DNA of 64,000 nucleotides from an uncultured Planctomycetota bacterium. GTDB lineage: Bacteria > Planctomycetota > Planctomycetia > Gemmatales > Gemmataceae. Below the pieces are notes generated by a model. It had not been told where the DNA came from. It saw only the letters and a program-made list of their open reading frames with translations, and ran no database searches. Below, in pieces: positions 41,601 to 52,081 of this stretch. Made by a program: the position numbers and the translations under genes. The stretch is from the NCBI GenBank assembly GCA_963849325.1, contig CAWKHF010000006.1, positions 64,001 to 128,000 of the forward strand, in the 5' to 3' direction. Every line of letters starts with the position of its first letter. Positions within the stretch are counted from its first letter, which is position 1.

Positions 41601-41678
41601 TTGATCCAGGCGCGGCGAAGCCGCCACGGCGCTGCTCATCCGTTTTTCTGGGCCGCCTTCACCCTCACCGGACAGTAG
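38658..41678 (+). CDS. TPR + CHAT (caspase-fold) protease, secreted
   Basis: About eight 42-aa 'HADVAQSLNNLA.LY...G.Y.KAEPLY.RSL.IRE..LG' repeats; 'SPDGALW.VPWAAL', 'STHGF', 'LSACETG', 'HPFFWAAF'. Confidence 0.92.
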   Translation: MGKGLWRETSRIGAGLLALVVLVSDGRTAAPAASDESPREQELLDAYRKGEAFIKQGKYREAVPFYGRALELAPAVHGAKSRQAANLMNKLANCYWNLGQYAKAEPLYQRNLEIREARLNEEPSEVAQSLNNLAGLYESMGHYDKAEPLYLRSLTIREERLGKDHADVAESLNNLAGLYRAMGWYVESERLYKHSLQIREARLGKDHADVAQTLNNLAVLYGSMGRYAEAEQLHQRSLKIREARLAQDHADVAQSLNNLAVLYEAMGQYDKAEPLGQRGLRILEARLGKDHPRVATSLNNLAGLYASMRQYDKAEPLYQRSLRIMEAWLGKDHPHLATCHNNLAVLYKSMGQYDKAVPLYQRSLRIRKDRLGEDHPLVAVSLNNLAQLFETMNHPAEAEPLYRSSLRISEARLGAHHPQVATSLNNLATLYAAMERWDEATDALERACRGRHHHVQHVLPALSEREQLTFLHANHEPGLRSALSLALLRAKSTRGLSDHADWLSNGKALAQQSLAEQILLTRDAAGANADTVRQLFDVRRRLAALTLAAPASGQETPRRQQIQDMSRQEQELAKRLAHAHGRKLSGKPWIELKELRKAIPADGVFLDIARFGVFDFQARGDERKWRPAHYAAFVIPAAGKGHVRLIDLGEAEAIDRAVQSLRQALQQAPQTIRVQGEPDSEKEVLEPLRALSRLVLGPLLPHIGQSQRWLVSPDGALWLVPWAALPLEDGSYVIEKHSLRYLVNGRDLVANTEANKDRDGAAHLFADPDFDLAPAEAATRAAEPVLRGLSLPAVARLPGTAREAALVAPKLRQLTGKEPAVHTGAGASERQVKAIRRPRLLMLSTHGFFLPDPEKMLDKSGKKLENPLLRCGLLLAGCNQRQKAAEGEEDGVLTGLEIVGLDLRGTELVVLSACETGLGDVRNGEGVAGLRQAFQLAGAQSVLATLWQIPDRETAQLMSDFCDNLARGKDRADALCEAQRGLIQARRSRHGAAHPFFWAAFTLTGQ

Positions 41679-41683
41679 GCGGC

Positions 41684-41753
41684 CATCTTTCCGAGCCTGA
41701 AGCGTTAGCGAAGAGGGAGATTTCTTCGCTAACGCTTCAGGCTCGGAAAGATG
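41684..41753. repeat. Palindromic REP-like element (family B)
   Basis: catctttccgagcctgaagcgttagcgaaga ... tcttcgctaacgcttcaggctcggaaagatg. Confidence 0.9.
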
Positions 41754-41862
41754 CTCCCTGGTCTGGGCACGAGCGCACCAAAAACCATTGTGGAATTGTC
41801 CGCGCGATCGACCGATTGCGTTTCATTTATCGGTAGCGATCTCTCGGGTTAAGGAGACGGTC

Positions 41863-43221
41863 ATGAATCGTCTGCGAAATGCGTTGCCAAGCCTCCGGGC
41901 CGGCCTGGCATCCGTCCTGGTCCTCGTCGCCGCGCCGGCGCTGTGGGCCGAGGATTTGGAGAAACAGATGCTCCGCGAGGCGCCGAAGATCCTGGCCCAG
42001 CTCAAGGGCCGAGGCTGCAAGACCGTCGGCGTCCTCAAATTCCGCGTCAAGAAGGGCAACGAGCCGTTGACCGACAACGCCGGTCCGCTCAACCTCACCC
42101 TCGCCAATCGGCTGGAGATGGCCCTCATCCTGGCCAACAAGGTGCAGCAACCGCTCGGCATCATTCACGACGCCAGCGCCGTCGCCGCTCGTCTGCGTGG
42201 CGCCAGCCACGTCACTGCCGAGGGTCGCCATACGCTGTTCGAGGCCGACTATCCGCTGGCCTGGGGCAAAGAGAAGGTGCGGCCCGATGCCTTGCTGACC
42301 GGCATCGCCCTCATCAGCCCCGACCTGCGCGACATGACCGTGGGCATCCTGGCCTTCGACAAGGACGGCAAAGGGCTGCGGAAGGTGGCCCAGTTCACCG
42401 CCACGGTGGACGCCGTCGCCCTCGTCGAGAGCGGCGAGAGTTTCCTGCTGCGCGGCGCTTCGACCAGGGCGCGAGGAGAAGACCACTCCCAAGCATCCGG
42501 CACCCTCGACGCCGGCGATGGCGGTGCAGACGGCGGCGCAGGTGCGCGGACCAGGAACAGGATTATCCGCTGGCCGATGAGGCGGCCCCGGTGGAGCTGG
42601 AAATTCGCTACGACGGCAAGAAAGTGCCCCTGGAGATCAAGGACGGCAAGGCGTGCATCCCCGAGCCGGAGGAGGGGCAGGAGGTGACGTGCGTCCTCCG
42701 TCGCCGAGGAGACAACAAGGAGCGTTATGCCGTGGTGCTGAAAGTCAATGGCGAGAACACCCTGTACCGGCAACGGATGCGCGACATCGATTGCCGCAAG
42801 TGGGTGCTGGAGCCGGGCGATGAGCCGGCCGACATCCTCGGCTATCAGAAGGACGGACAGACGGCGGAGAAGTTTCGCGTCCTGTCGCGCGCAGGAGTCG
42901 AAGGCGCGCGAGGTGTACTATGGGGCCGACGTGGGCACCATCAGCATGACCGTCTTCCGCGAGAAAAAAGGTCCGGACAAGCCCATGGCGGTCGTGCTCA
43001 AGGAGGCCGACGAGGCGGAGGACCTGGCGGCACTGAGCCGGGGCGTCTTTCCCGAGGAGCAGCCGCGCAACCTGGCCGCCCTGCAAGCCCAGCTGCGCGA
43101 TTCGGCCACTCGCGGCCTGATTGCCCAGGGGGAAAAGACCAGCTCGGAGGTGCAGCGCGTGAAGTTCAACGCCGATCCTATCCCGGTGATGTCGGCCACC
43201 ATCACCTACTACAAGCCGTGA
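41863..43221 (+). CDS. Secreted hypothetical protein (several frameshifts)
   Basis: AAGGAG RBS; signal peptide; 'VGVLKFRVKKG', 'YAVVLKVNGENT', 'VGTISMTVFRE', 'ATRGLI'. Confidence 0.65.
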
Positions 43222-43240
43222 GCGAACGGATTCAGCCCCT

Positions 43241-43299
43241 GAGCGGGGGGCGTCAGCCCCCTGAGAGATGCGAAACTCAGGGGGCTGACGCCCCCGCTC
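43241..43299. repeat. Palindromic REP-like element (family F)
   Basis: gagcggggggcgtcagccccctgag ... ctcagggggctgacgcccccgctc. Confidence 0.85.
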
Positions 43300-43400
43300 G
43301 GGAAGATTGATAAGCTTCTCCCCTTTGGCGCAGAGGGGTTTCTCGGATAAACTCATGGAAGCGCGGCCGAGCAACAGCGCGGTTTGCCACGGAGCCTTCC

Positions 43401-43994
43401 ATGCAGCAAGACGTTTCGTTCCCCACGCTCATGCGGCGAGTGCGCCGGCGACGCCGACGCGGCGACGGCCCTGGTGCGCGAGTACGAGCCGGAGATTCGC
43501 CGTGCCGTCCGCATGTATTTGACCGACCCGAGCATGCATCGCGTCCTGGACTCCATGGACATTTGCCAGTCCGTCCTGGCCAATTTCTTTGTCCGCGCGG
43601 CCGCCGGACAATTCGAGCTGGAGCAGCCCGAACAGCTGCTCAAGCTGCTGGTGACGATGGTGCGCAACAAGTTCCGCGATTACGCGCGCCGCCAGCACGC
43701 CGAGCGGCGCGACAATCGCCGTCAGCAGGCCGGCAGTCCCGAAGCGCTGCAAGCCCTGCCCGGCCGAGAAGAGACGCCCAGTCAGATCGTGGCCGGTGAG
43801 GAGATGCTGCGCGAGCGCGCCGCCGACTGAGCGCGGACGAACTGTTTCTCGCCGACCAGCGCGCCCGGGGACGCGATTGGGCCGAGATCGCCGCCGAGGT
43901 CGGCGACAGTCCCGAGGCGCTGCGCAAGCGGCTCAAACGGGCCATCGACCGCGTGCTCGAAGAGATGGGCCTGGACGAGGTACACGGTGAGTAA
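43401..43994 (+). CDS. ECF RNA polymerase sigma factor, kinase-associated planctomycete type (frameshifts ~43445 and ~43820)
   Basis: 'AGDADAATALVREYEPEIRRAVR', 'DSMDICQSV', 'LVTMVRNK', 'ETPSQIV', 'WAEIAAEVG.SPEALRKRL.RA'. Confidence 0.85.
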
Positions 43995-46900
43995 CCCTCC
44001 TCCCCCTGCCACCCTGTCCGACAGCGACGGTCCTCCCGCCCAGCGATTCTGGCGGCTGTGGCGCCCGGCGACCAGCCGAACGTACATGCATTTCTCGCTC
44101 AGGCGGACGCCATGATGCCGCTGGAGCTGCTGGCCGTACTGCGGATCGACCAGAGGGAGCGCTGGCAGAGTGGAAACCGCGTCCCGGTGGAGGAATATCT
44201 GCAACGACAGCCCGCGCTCCAGGCCGACGGAGAACTGCTCCTCGACCTGATCCAGAGCGAAGTCCTCCTCCGCGAAGAAGGGGGAGAATCGCCCCAGCTG
44301 GAGGAGTATCAGCAACGCTTCCCCGACCTCGGCCCACAGCTGAAACGCCTGTTCGACCTGCACCACCTCCTTCTCGCCCCTCTTTCCTCTCCGTCCGTTG
44401 ACCCCTCCGCGCGGGAGGAATCCACGTCGCAGGTCGTCGTGGAAACCTGGAAGACCGGGCTGGCACACCCTGAGATGCCGGGATCGAGCGAACCCCTGGC
44501 CGGTACATTTCCCCGGGCCGGCATGCCGTGCGTGCCCGGTTATGAGCTGCTGGATGAGCTGGGTCGGGGAGGCATGGGCGTCGTCTACCGCGCTCGGCAG
44601 ACGAGCCTGCGGCGCATCGTCGCCCTCAAGATGGTCCTCGCCGGCACTCATGCCGGCCGCGACGAACTGACGCGCTTCCGGACCGAGGCGGAGTCCGTGG
44701 CCCGACTGCAACATCCCAACATCGTGCAGATCCACGAGGTGGGCGAGTATCGCGGCCATGCGTACTTCTCGCTGGAGTTTATCGACGGCGGCACGCTCGC
44801 TCGCCGTCTGGCGGACGCTCCCCTGTCGGCACGACAGGCCGCCGAGTTGCTCGAAACCCTGGCGCGAACGATCCACTACGCCCATCTCCGCGGCATCGTC
44901 CATCGAGACCTCAAGCCGTCCAACGTTCTGCTGATGCTCGACGGCACGCCCAAGATCGCCGACTTCGGACTGGCCAAGCGCGTGGACGACGACTCCGGGC
45001 AGACCCTCTCCGGATCGATCCTGGGAACGCCCTGTTACATGGCCCCCGAACAGGCCCGAGGACGGATCCATGAAATTGGACCGGCCACCGATGTCTACGC
45101 TCTGGGAGCCATCCTCTACGAGATGCTGACCGGCCGGCCGCCGTTCCGGGGCGAGACCGCCCTGGAAACGCTGGAGCAGGTGCGTTCGCAGGATCCGGTG
45201 CCTCCTCGCCGGCTGCGCTCCCGATTGCCGCTCGACCTGGAGACCATTTGCCTGAACTGTCTGCACAAGGAGCCGGGACGGCGCTATGCCGACGCGATGG
45301 CCTTGGCCGAGGACTTGCACCGTTTTCTCGCTGGCGAGCCGATCCACGCCCGACCCACGCCGGCCTGGGAGCGGGGATGGAAGTGGGTACGGCGCCGGCC
45401 AGCCCTGGCGGCGCTGGTCGCCGTCAGCATCCTGGCGGCCCTGGTGATCGGCCTGGGTGGTGGCCTTTACAACATCCGTCTGCAAGCCGCCCTGGACGAC
45501 ACGGAGGAGCAGCGCGATCGAGCGACGCGGGCCCATGCCGATGCGGAGGAACGGCTGGAGCAGGTGCGTCGCAGCATGTACGCGCTGCAGCTGGAGCGCG
45601 TGGCGGCCGCGGCGGACCACGATCCCGCACACGGCTTGCAGATGCTCCGCGATGCCCAGCGCTGTCCGTCGGAGCTGCGCGATTTCAGCTGGGGCTTTCT
45701 CCATCGGCACTGTCAACGCCAACGCCTCGTTCTCCAGGGCCACACGGACGGCGTCCGCGCCGTCGCTCTCTCTCCGGATGGCCGAATGCTGGCCTCCGCC
45801 GGCACGGAGGGCATGGTGAAGCTCTGGGATTTGATCGCGGGAGAGGAATGCGGGACGCTTCGCGGTCACACCGCGGCGATCAACGCCGTGGCCTTCACCT
45901 CCGACGGTCGCCTGCTGGCCTCGGCCGGCGAAGATGGGACCGTCCGCCTCTGGGATCCTCTCAGCCGAGCGGAGCGCCGGACCTGGCAAGCCCATCGCGA
46001 TCCGGTCAATGCGCTGGCCTTCACGGCCGACGGTCAAACGCTGGCCTCCGCCAGCACGGATCGGACGGTGAAGCTCTGGACGGTGGCCGACGGTCGAGAG
46101 CAGCGCGTCATCCAGGGCCACACCGCCTCCGTCTTCGGGGTGGCCTTTGCCCCCAACGGCCGGACCCTGGCCACCGCCAGCAAGGATGGGACGGCCCGAC
46201 TGTGGGACCGGACCACGGGACAAGAACAGCGTTGCCTGCGCAGCCACCATGCCTGGGTCACGGCGGTGGCCTTCGCCCCCGATGGCGCGACGCTGGCGAC
46301 GGGCGGCTTCGATCGGGCCATCAAGTTGTGGGACGCGGCGGAAGGCAAGGAGCGTCTCACTCTGCTGGAGCATCGGGGGCCGATCAGTTCGCTCGCCTTC
46401 AGTCCCGACGGCCGAACGCTGGTCTCGGGGAGCTACGATCGTACGCTGCGCGTCTGGGACGTGGCCAGCGGTCGAGACCAGCTGGTGCTCAAGGGGCACC
46501 AGGGCGCCGTCCCGTCCGTCGCCTTTGCGCAATGGGCACCAGGTCGCGTCCGGCAGCCTCGACCGAACGGTGAAGCTGTGGGAGATCAGCCCAAGGCAGG
46601 ACAGCGCCGTGCTCCGCGGCCATGCTCGCCCCGTCACCGCGGTGGCCTTTGCTCCCGATGGCCGGCTCCTGGCCTCCGGGGGATACGATCGGGTGGTGCG
46701 ACTCTGGGACGTGGACCGGGCACGAGAGCAGGCCGCGTTGCCCGAGCACGCCGCCTGGGTAAGCTGCCTGGCCTTCGCTCCCGACGGCCGGGAGATTGCC
46801 TCCGGAGATGGCAGCGGCAGCGTGAAACTGTGGGATCTGGCCGGCCAGCGCGAGCGTCTGGTTCTGCGCGCCGATCCATTATTGGTTACGTCCCTGGCCT

Positions 46901-47481
46901 TCTCGGCCGATGGTCGATGGCTGGCCACCGTGGGCAACACGGATCGGGCGATCAAGCTGTGGGACGCGAACACGGGGCAGGAACAGGGCCGGCTCGCCGT
47001 CGGGGCGGACGTTCTTTCGGTCGCGTTCGCTCCGCGCACCGGCTCGATCGCCGCCGCCGGCGGCAGCGGCAAGATATGGATCTGGGACCTCGCCACCCAT
47101 CAAGAGCGTGCCGCCTTCCAGGCCCACCAGGGCGAGGTCCGTTCACTGGCCTTCGCGCCCGATGGCCGGACCCTGGCCAGCGCGGGGATAGACGGAACGG
47201 CCCACCTCTGGAACGTCGAGACGGGCCGGGAGATCGCTGTCCTGAGCGGACACGCCGGCGCCGTCCATGCCGTCGCCTTCACGCCGGACGGCAAGACGGC
47301 GGCCACGGCCAGCGCGGATCGAACCGTGAAGTTATGGGATGCGGTCACCGGCCAGGAACGGGCCACGCTCTCGGGACACCGCGGCGAAGTGAGTACGCTG
47401 GCCTTCGCGCCCGACGGGCAGATCCTGGCCAGCGGTAGCGGAGACGAGACCGTCCGGCTGTGGAAGGCAACCGGAGAGTAG
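43987..47481 (+). CDS. Ser/Thr kinase with TM/coiled coil and about 14 WD40 repeats (frameshifts ~44065 and ~46530)
   Basis: 'LGRGGMGVVY', 'HRDLKPSN', 'DFGLAK', 'GTPCYMAPEQ'; 'GH...V..VAF.PDG..LAS...D.TV.LWD' repeats; GTG start overlaps the sigma stop. Confidence 0.9.
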
Positions 47482-47714
47482 GCGCTGAACGGGGGCCGAC
47501 GCGCTCGCGGCTCGAACCATTCCTTGACCTTCCCCACATCTTCCCCAATGCGTCCCCACAGCGCCCCTTGATCGGCCGCGAGGGAAGCCCATACTGGCAC
47601 AGGTCCGATGAAGGTCAACGGCGTTCGCTTCTCGGCCGTCGCGATCGGCGGCCAACGCATCCGCGCGGGAAGGTAGGACGACCTCGATCCGGTTCCCTTA
47701 CGGGAGGCCCGACC

Positions 47715-48665
47715 ATGAGTGAGAACGAAAGTCAGCTTCGTGAAGCCCTGGCCAAGATCGCCCAGGTGGCGAGCGTCGCCGTCAATGGCGGCGAAGGCGA
47801 CAGCAACGAGAACAACGGCGGCGTGGCGGCGGAAAGCAAACTCGTTTGCACGCCCAAGACCCTCCCCAAGCGACTCCTGGTGGAGGCGGCGGAGACCGCC
47901 AAGCGGATCAACCCGGTCAACGCGCCGGCGTTCGGCCCCCTGGCCAAGGTAGCCGCGGACTTTCAGGTGATGGACCCCTTGCGCATCGCGGTGATCACGT
48001 CGAAATACTGGGGCCCCTCGCCGCGACGCCTGACGGTCAGCTTCATGGAGAGTACGGCGGCCAATCTGCGCGCCCGCATCCTCAGCCACATGAACGCCTG
48101 GACCCGAACGGCGTGTATCTCGTTCGTCGAGACGTTGGGTACGGGCAACGTCCGCATCTCCCTCGAACCGGGTGGATACTGGTCGTACATCGGCACGGAC
48201 ATTCTGCACATCCCCAGAAACCGCCAGACCATGAATCTGGAAGGGTTCACGATGAACACGCCGGAGTCGGAATACCGCCGCGTCATCCGGCACGAGACCG
48301 GACACACCCTCGGCTTCCCCCACGAACACATGCACAGCGCCCTGGTCGCGCGGATCGACCCCCAGAAGGCCTACGACTACTTCCTGCGGACGCAGGGCTG
48401 GAACAAGCCGATGGTGGACGCCCAGGTGCTCACTCCACTGGACGAAAGCTCGCTCATGGCCACGCCCGTCGATCAGGACTCGATCATGTGTTACCAGCTG
48501 CCCGGCTCGATTACCCGCGATGGGCAGCCGATCCGCGGCGGCGTGGACATCAATCCGACGGATTATGCCTTCGCCGGCAAAATCTACCCCAAGCCGGGCC
48601 ACGCTCCGACGCACGAGGAGGAAGAGGAATGGTCGCCCTCCGAAGACGTCGAAGTGCCGGTTTGA
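47715..48665 (+). CDS. Metzincin zinc metallopeptidase (M12/astacin-like), no signal peptide
   Basis: 'HETGHTLGFPHEH' HExxHxxGxxH; 'YWSYIG'; Met-turn 'DSIMCY'. Confidence 0.88.
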   Translation: MSENESQLREALAKIAQVASVAVNGGEGDSNENNGGVAAESKLVCTPKTLPKRLLVEAAETAKRINPVNAPAFGPLAKVAADFQVMDPLRIAVITSKYWGPSPRRLTVSFMESTAANLRARILSHMNAWTRTACISFVETLGTGNVRISLEPGGYWSYIGTDILHIPRNRQTMNLEGFTMNTPESEYRRVIRHETGHTLGFPHEHMHSALVARIDPQKAYDYFLRTQGWNKPMVDAQVLTPLDESSLMATPVDQDSIMCYQLPGSITRDGQPIRGGVDINPTDYAFAGKIYPKPGHAPTHEEEEEWSPSEDVEVPV

Positions 48666-48722
48666 CCTTCGCCGGACGCTCGGGACCGTGCGGCACCGTC
48701 CGAATGGAGGGACGCAAACAGC

Positions 48723-49031
48723 ATGGGACGAATCATTGAGATCCAAAATGTGCGAGCGGCCCCTTCGAGTCTGACGCTGCGCGTGGGCGACGTGCTTCTG
48801 TTCAAGGCGACGGGCGGTCACGTTCGGTCTGGGGAAGACGTAATCGAGATGTTAGGCGCCTATCTCCCGGCTGTCCTGGGGAACAATGGCGAAATCTTGA
48901 CGCCGATGGGAGCCCCGAACACGGTCCTGTTTCGTGCCCTTCGACCCGGACGAGCGAGCGTGGACGTCGTCACCGGCGATCCGTGGCACGCGCCGCAGAC
49001 AACAACCCTGGGTATCACCATCGAGGGATAA
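48723..49031 (+). CDS. Small beta-rich protein, possibly chagasin/I42-like
   Basis: 'LTLRVGD', 'FRALRPGRASV', 'GDPW'. Confidence 0.5.
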   Translation: MGRIIEIQNVRAAPSSLTLRVGDVLLFKATGGHVRSGEDVIEMLGAYLPAVLGNNGEILTPMGAPNTVLFRALRPGRASVDVVTGDPWHAPQTTTLGITIEG

Positions 49032-49061
49032 GTTGGGACGGCGGGCCGGGGCACCCTCCGC

Positions 49062-49979
49062 GTGCTCCGGCCGATTGTCCCGGTCCATGCAAGGTTGAGG
49101 AGGTGTCCATTGTCCCCTCTCGTTCGGAAGTGCTGGTTCGTCGTGTTGGCCTTGTCCGTCGTGCTGTCGCCGGCCCGCGCCTGGGCCTGGGGGCAGGAAG
49201 GCCACTGTATCGTCGCTCGCATCGCCGAGGCCCATCTCAGCGGCAAAGCCCGCGACGGCATCCGCGATTTGATCGGCAGCCGTTCGATCTCCGACCCTCG
49301 CATCGCCGTATGGGCCGATGAGATCAAACGCAGCGCCTACTTCCAGCGACGCTACCCCAACAACCAGAAATGGCATTTCATCGATCTCGACGTGGGCACG
49401 GACCTCGAATCCCTCGACCTCGACAAAGCCTGTACACACGACGATTGCGTGTGGAAGAGGGTTCCCTATTTCGTGGCAGTGATCAAGGATGCCAAGGCAC
49501 AGCTCCAGGACCGGCGCGAAGCGCTGTTCTTCGTCGTCCATCTGATCGGCGATGCTCACCAACCCTTGCACTGCGCCGAGCGAAACGAGGACCACGGCGG
49601 CAACATGGTTCGCGTCAAGCTGCCGCACGACGAGGGCGGACACGCTCCCGTCTCCAACCTGCACCGCGTTTGGGACACCGACCTCGTTCAGGAGGCGATG
49701 GCCGGACTGTCCCGGGACGATTTCGCCGACCGCCTGGATGGACAGATCACCCCGCAGCAGCGCAAGCAATGGGCGAGCGGCGACTTGAAGAGTTGGATCC
49801 GGGACGCCCACAAGCTGGCACGAGAGAAAGCTTACGCCGGCATCCCCACGTCCGGCGGGCATCATGCGGTGTTCGCGCTGCCGCAAAAATACCTCGACGA
49901 CAACACGGAGGTGGTCAAGGAACAACTTCAGCGCGCCGGCGTCCGCCTGGCGGCCGTCCTCAACGACGCCTTCGATTGA
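49062..49979 (+). CDS. S1/P1 nuclease, secreted (start uncertain)
   Basis: Signal ending AWA|'WGQEGH', 'WADEI', 'WHFID', 'HLIGDAHQPLH', 'GGN', 'NLHRVWD', 'AGVRLA..LN'. Confidence 0.92.
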   Translation: MLRPIVPVHARLRRCPLSPLVRKCWFVVLALSVVLSPARAWAWGQEGHCIVARIAEAHLSGKARDGIRDLIGSRSISDPRIAVWADEIKRSAYFQRRYPNNQKWHFIDLDVGTDLESLDLDKACTHDDCVWKRVPYFVAVIKDAKAQLQDRREALFFVVHLIGDAHQPLHCAERNEDHGGNMVRVKLPHDEGGHAPVSNLHRVWDTDLVQEAMAGLSRDDFADRLDGQITPQQRKQWASGDLKSWIRDAHKLAREKAYAGIPTSGGHHAVFALPQKYLDDNTEVVKEQLQRAGVRLAAVLNDAFD

Positions 49980-50015
49980 ATCGCCGCGTCGCGGCCAACC
50001 CCGGAGCCTACAACC

Positions 50016-52067
50016 ATGACCCGCCTCACCCCTGCTTCTGTCGATCCGCGCCGCGAGGAGTCACCCGCGCCGCCCCCTCATCGTCGCTTGCGCGCCTATA
50101 CGTTCGACCCGAGCCTGGCCACGCAATTGGATACGGCCCTGATTAACGAGACGGTGCTCCGCGTTCCCTGGGAGAAGCTCGGACCCGGGCCGGTGGGCGA
50201 ATACCTCGAAGTGGTGGACTACGATCCGGCCAGCGGCTGCTTCTACAAGCCGGTAGACCTGGAAGATCGCTACGTGCTGGCGCAGGACGGCCTGGCCCCC
50301 TCGGAGGGCAACCCGCACTTTCATCAGCAGATGGTCTACGCGGTGGCCATGACCACCATCCACAACTTCGAGCGCGCCCTGGGACGACGGGTGCTGTGGG
50401 CGCCGCACATCGACCACGATCCGGAGACCGGCGAGTTCCGCGCCTCCGAGTTGGTGCCGCGGCTGCGCATCTATCCGCACGCGCTGCGCGAGGCCAACGC
50501 CTATTACAGTCCGCAAAAGAAAGCCCTGCTGTTCGGCTACTTCCCGGCGATCCTGGCCAACCCCGGCGAGAATTTGCCGGGCGGCATGGTCTTCACCTGC
50601 CTGTCGCATGACGTGGTGGCCCACGAGACGACGCACGCCCTGTTGGACGGCCTGCATCGCTATTTCGGCGAGCCGACCAATCCCGACGTGCTGGCGTTCC
50701 ACGAGGCGTTCGCCGACATCGCGGCCCTGTTTCAGCACTTCACGCAGCCCGAGGCGCTGCGGCACCAGATCGCCCGCACGCGCGGCGACCTCGCCAGTCA
50801 GAACTTGCTGGGCGAGCTGGCGCACCAGTTCGGCCAGGCCATCGGCAATCACGGCGCCCTGCGCGACGCCATCGGCAAGCCCGACCCGACGACGGGCCAG
50901 TGGAAGCCACAGGTGCCCGACCCGGATCTGTATCCGGCGACGACCGAGCCGCACGCGCGCGGCGCCATCCTGGTGGCGGCGATGTTCGACGCCTTTCTGT
51001 CGGTCTACAAGGCCCGCATCGCCGACCTGCTGCGCATCGCCACCGGCGGCACCGGCGAATTGCCGGCGGGATCGCTGCATCCCGATCTGGTCAAGCGCAT
51101 GGCCGATGAGGCGACCGACACGGCTGCTTACGTTCTGCGCATGGCGATCCGAGCGCTGGATTACTGTCCGCCGGTGGACATCACCTTCGGCGAATACCTC
51201 CGTGCCCTGGTCACGGCCGACACGGAGCTGGCTCCCGACGACCCGCGCGGCTACCGCATCGCCGTCATCGAAGCGTTCCGCCGCCGCGGCATTTATCCGC
51301 GCGATGTCCGCACCCTGGCGGCCGACGCGCTCTTGTGGCAGAAGCCCGCCGGCGGTCTGCCCGACTTCGCCGACCTCATCCGCAAGTTGAAGTCCGGATG
51401 GATGCCGAAACGCGCCGGCGGCAACCAGCCGCCGGCGCGGGCCGACGACCTGCCGACGCTCGAATGGCAGACGGCCACGGCCTCCCGCGAGGACATCGAT
51501 CGCCTGAACCACCAGTACCAGTACGCCACCTGGGCCTGGTTCAAGGAGCAGTCCGCCGCCGCCCGCAACCCGAAAGGGCCGGGACCATCGCTCGCCGACG
51601 CCCTTGGCCTGGCCCTCGGGACGAACGCGCCGGCGACGATCTATCGCAGTAAATTCGACGGGCTGCCCGCGCTGGAGGTCCACTCCGTCCGCTCCGCCCG
51701 CCGGCCGCTCCAGGACGGCCGTACCATCATCGACCTCGTTATCGAGATGACCCAGCGTCGCCGCGGCTATCTCGATCCCCAGAAGCAGAAACAAGCCGAC
51801 AAACTTCCTCCCGATTCTCCCCAATGGCGGACAGCGGAGTTTCGACCGGACTTCAAGTTGCGGGGCGGTTGCACTCTCCTGATCGACGGCGAGACGGGCA
51901 CGGTGCGCTACTGCATCGCCAAGAGCATCGGCAGCGAGACCCGCCTGGCGCGTCAGCGGACGTTCGTCTCGGGGGCCGAAGGACCATCGCTCCGCGCCAC
52001 CTACTCGCGCCTGGCTCCCGGCGCCCCGGTCCACGAGCCATTCGCACTCCTGCACCGCTCCCACTGA
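50016..52067 (+). CDS. Gluzincin metallopeptidase (M4/thermolysin-like), no signal peptide
   Basis: 'NAYYS', 'DVVAHETTHALLD', 'FHEAFAD', 'EPHARGAI'. Confidence 0.82.
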   Translation: MTRLTPASVDPRREESPAPPPHRRLRAYTFDPSLATQLDTALINETVLRVPWEKLGPGPVGEYLEVVDYDPASGCFYKPVDLEDRYVLAQDGLAPSEGNPHFHQQMVYAVAMTTIHNFERALGRRVLWAPHIDHDPETGEFRASELVPRLRIYPHALREANAYYSPQKKALLFGYFPAILANPGENLPGGMVFTCLSHDVVAHETTHALLDGLHRYFGEPTNPDVLAFHEAFADIAALFQHFTQPEALRHQIARTRGDLASQNLLGELAHQFGQAIGNHGALRDAIGKPDPTTGQWKPQVPDPDLYPATTEPHARGAILVAAMFDAFLSVYKARIADLLRIATGGTGELPAGSLHPDLVKRMADEATDTAAYVLRMAIRALDYCPPVDITFGEYLRALVTADTELAPDDPRGYRIAVIEAFRRRGIYPRDVRTLAADALLWQKPAGGLPDFADLIRKLKSGWMPKRAGGNQPPARADDLPTLEWQTATASREDIDRLNHQYQYATWAWFKEQSAAARNPKGPGPSLADALGLALGTNAPATIYRSKFDGLPALEVHSVRSARRPLQDGRTIIDLVIEMTQRRRGYLDPQKQKQADKLPPDSPQWRTAEFRPDFKLRGGCTLLIDGETGTVRYCIAKSIGSETRLARQRTFVSGAEGPSLRATYSRLAPGAPVHEPFALLHRSH

Positions 52068-52081
52068 GAAAGGACGTCCGC

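Noticed and set aside
43782-47096. 1104-aa minus-strand ORF and similar long antisense ORFs (50061-52064, 52001-53848, 12682-14592)
   Set aside because: Shadow frames of high-GC genes on the opposite strand, with no motifs.
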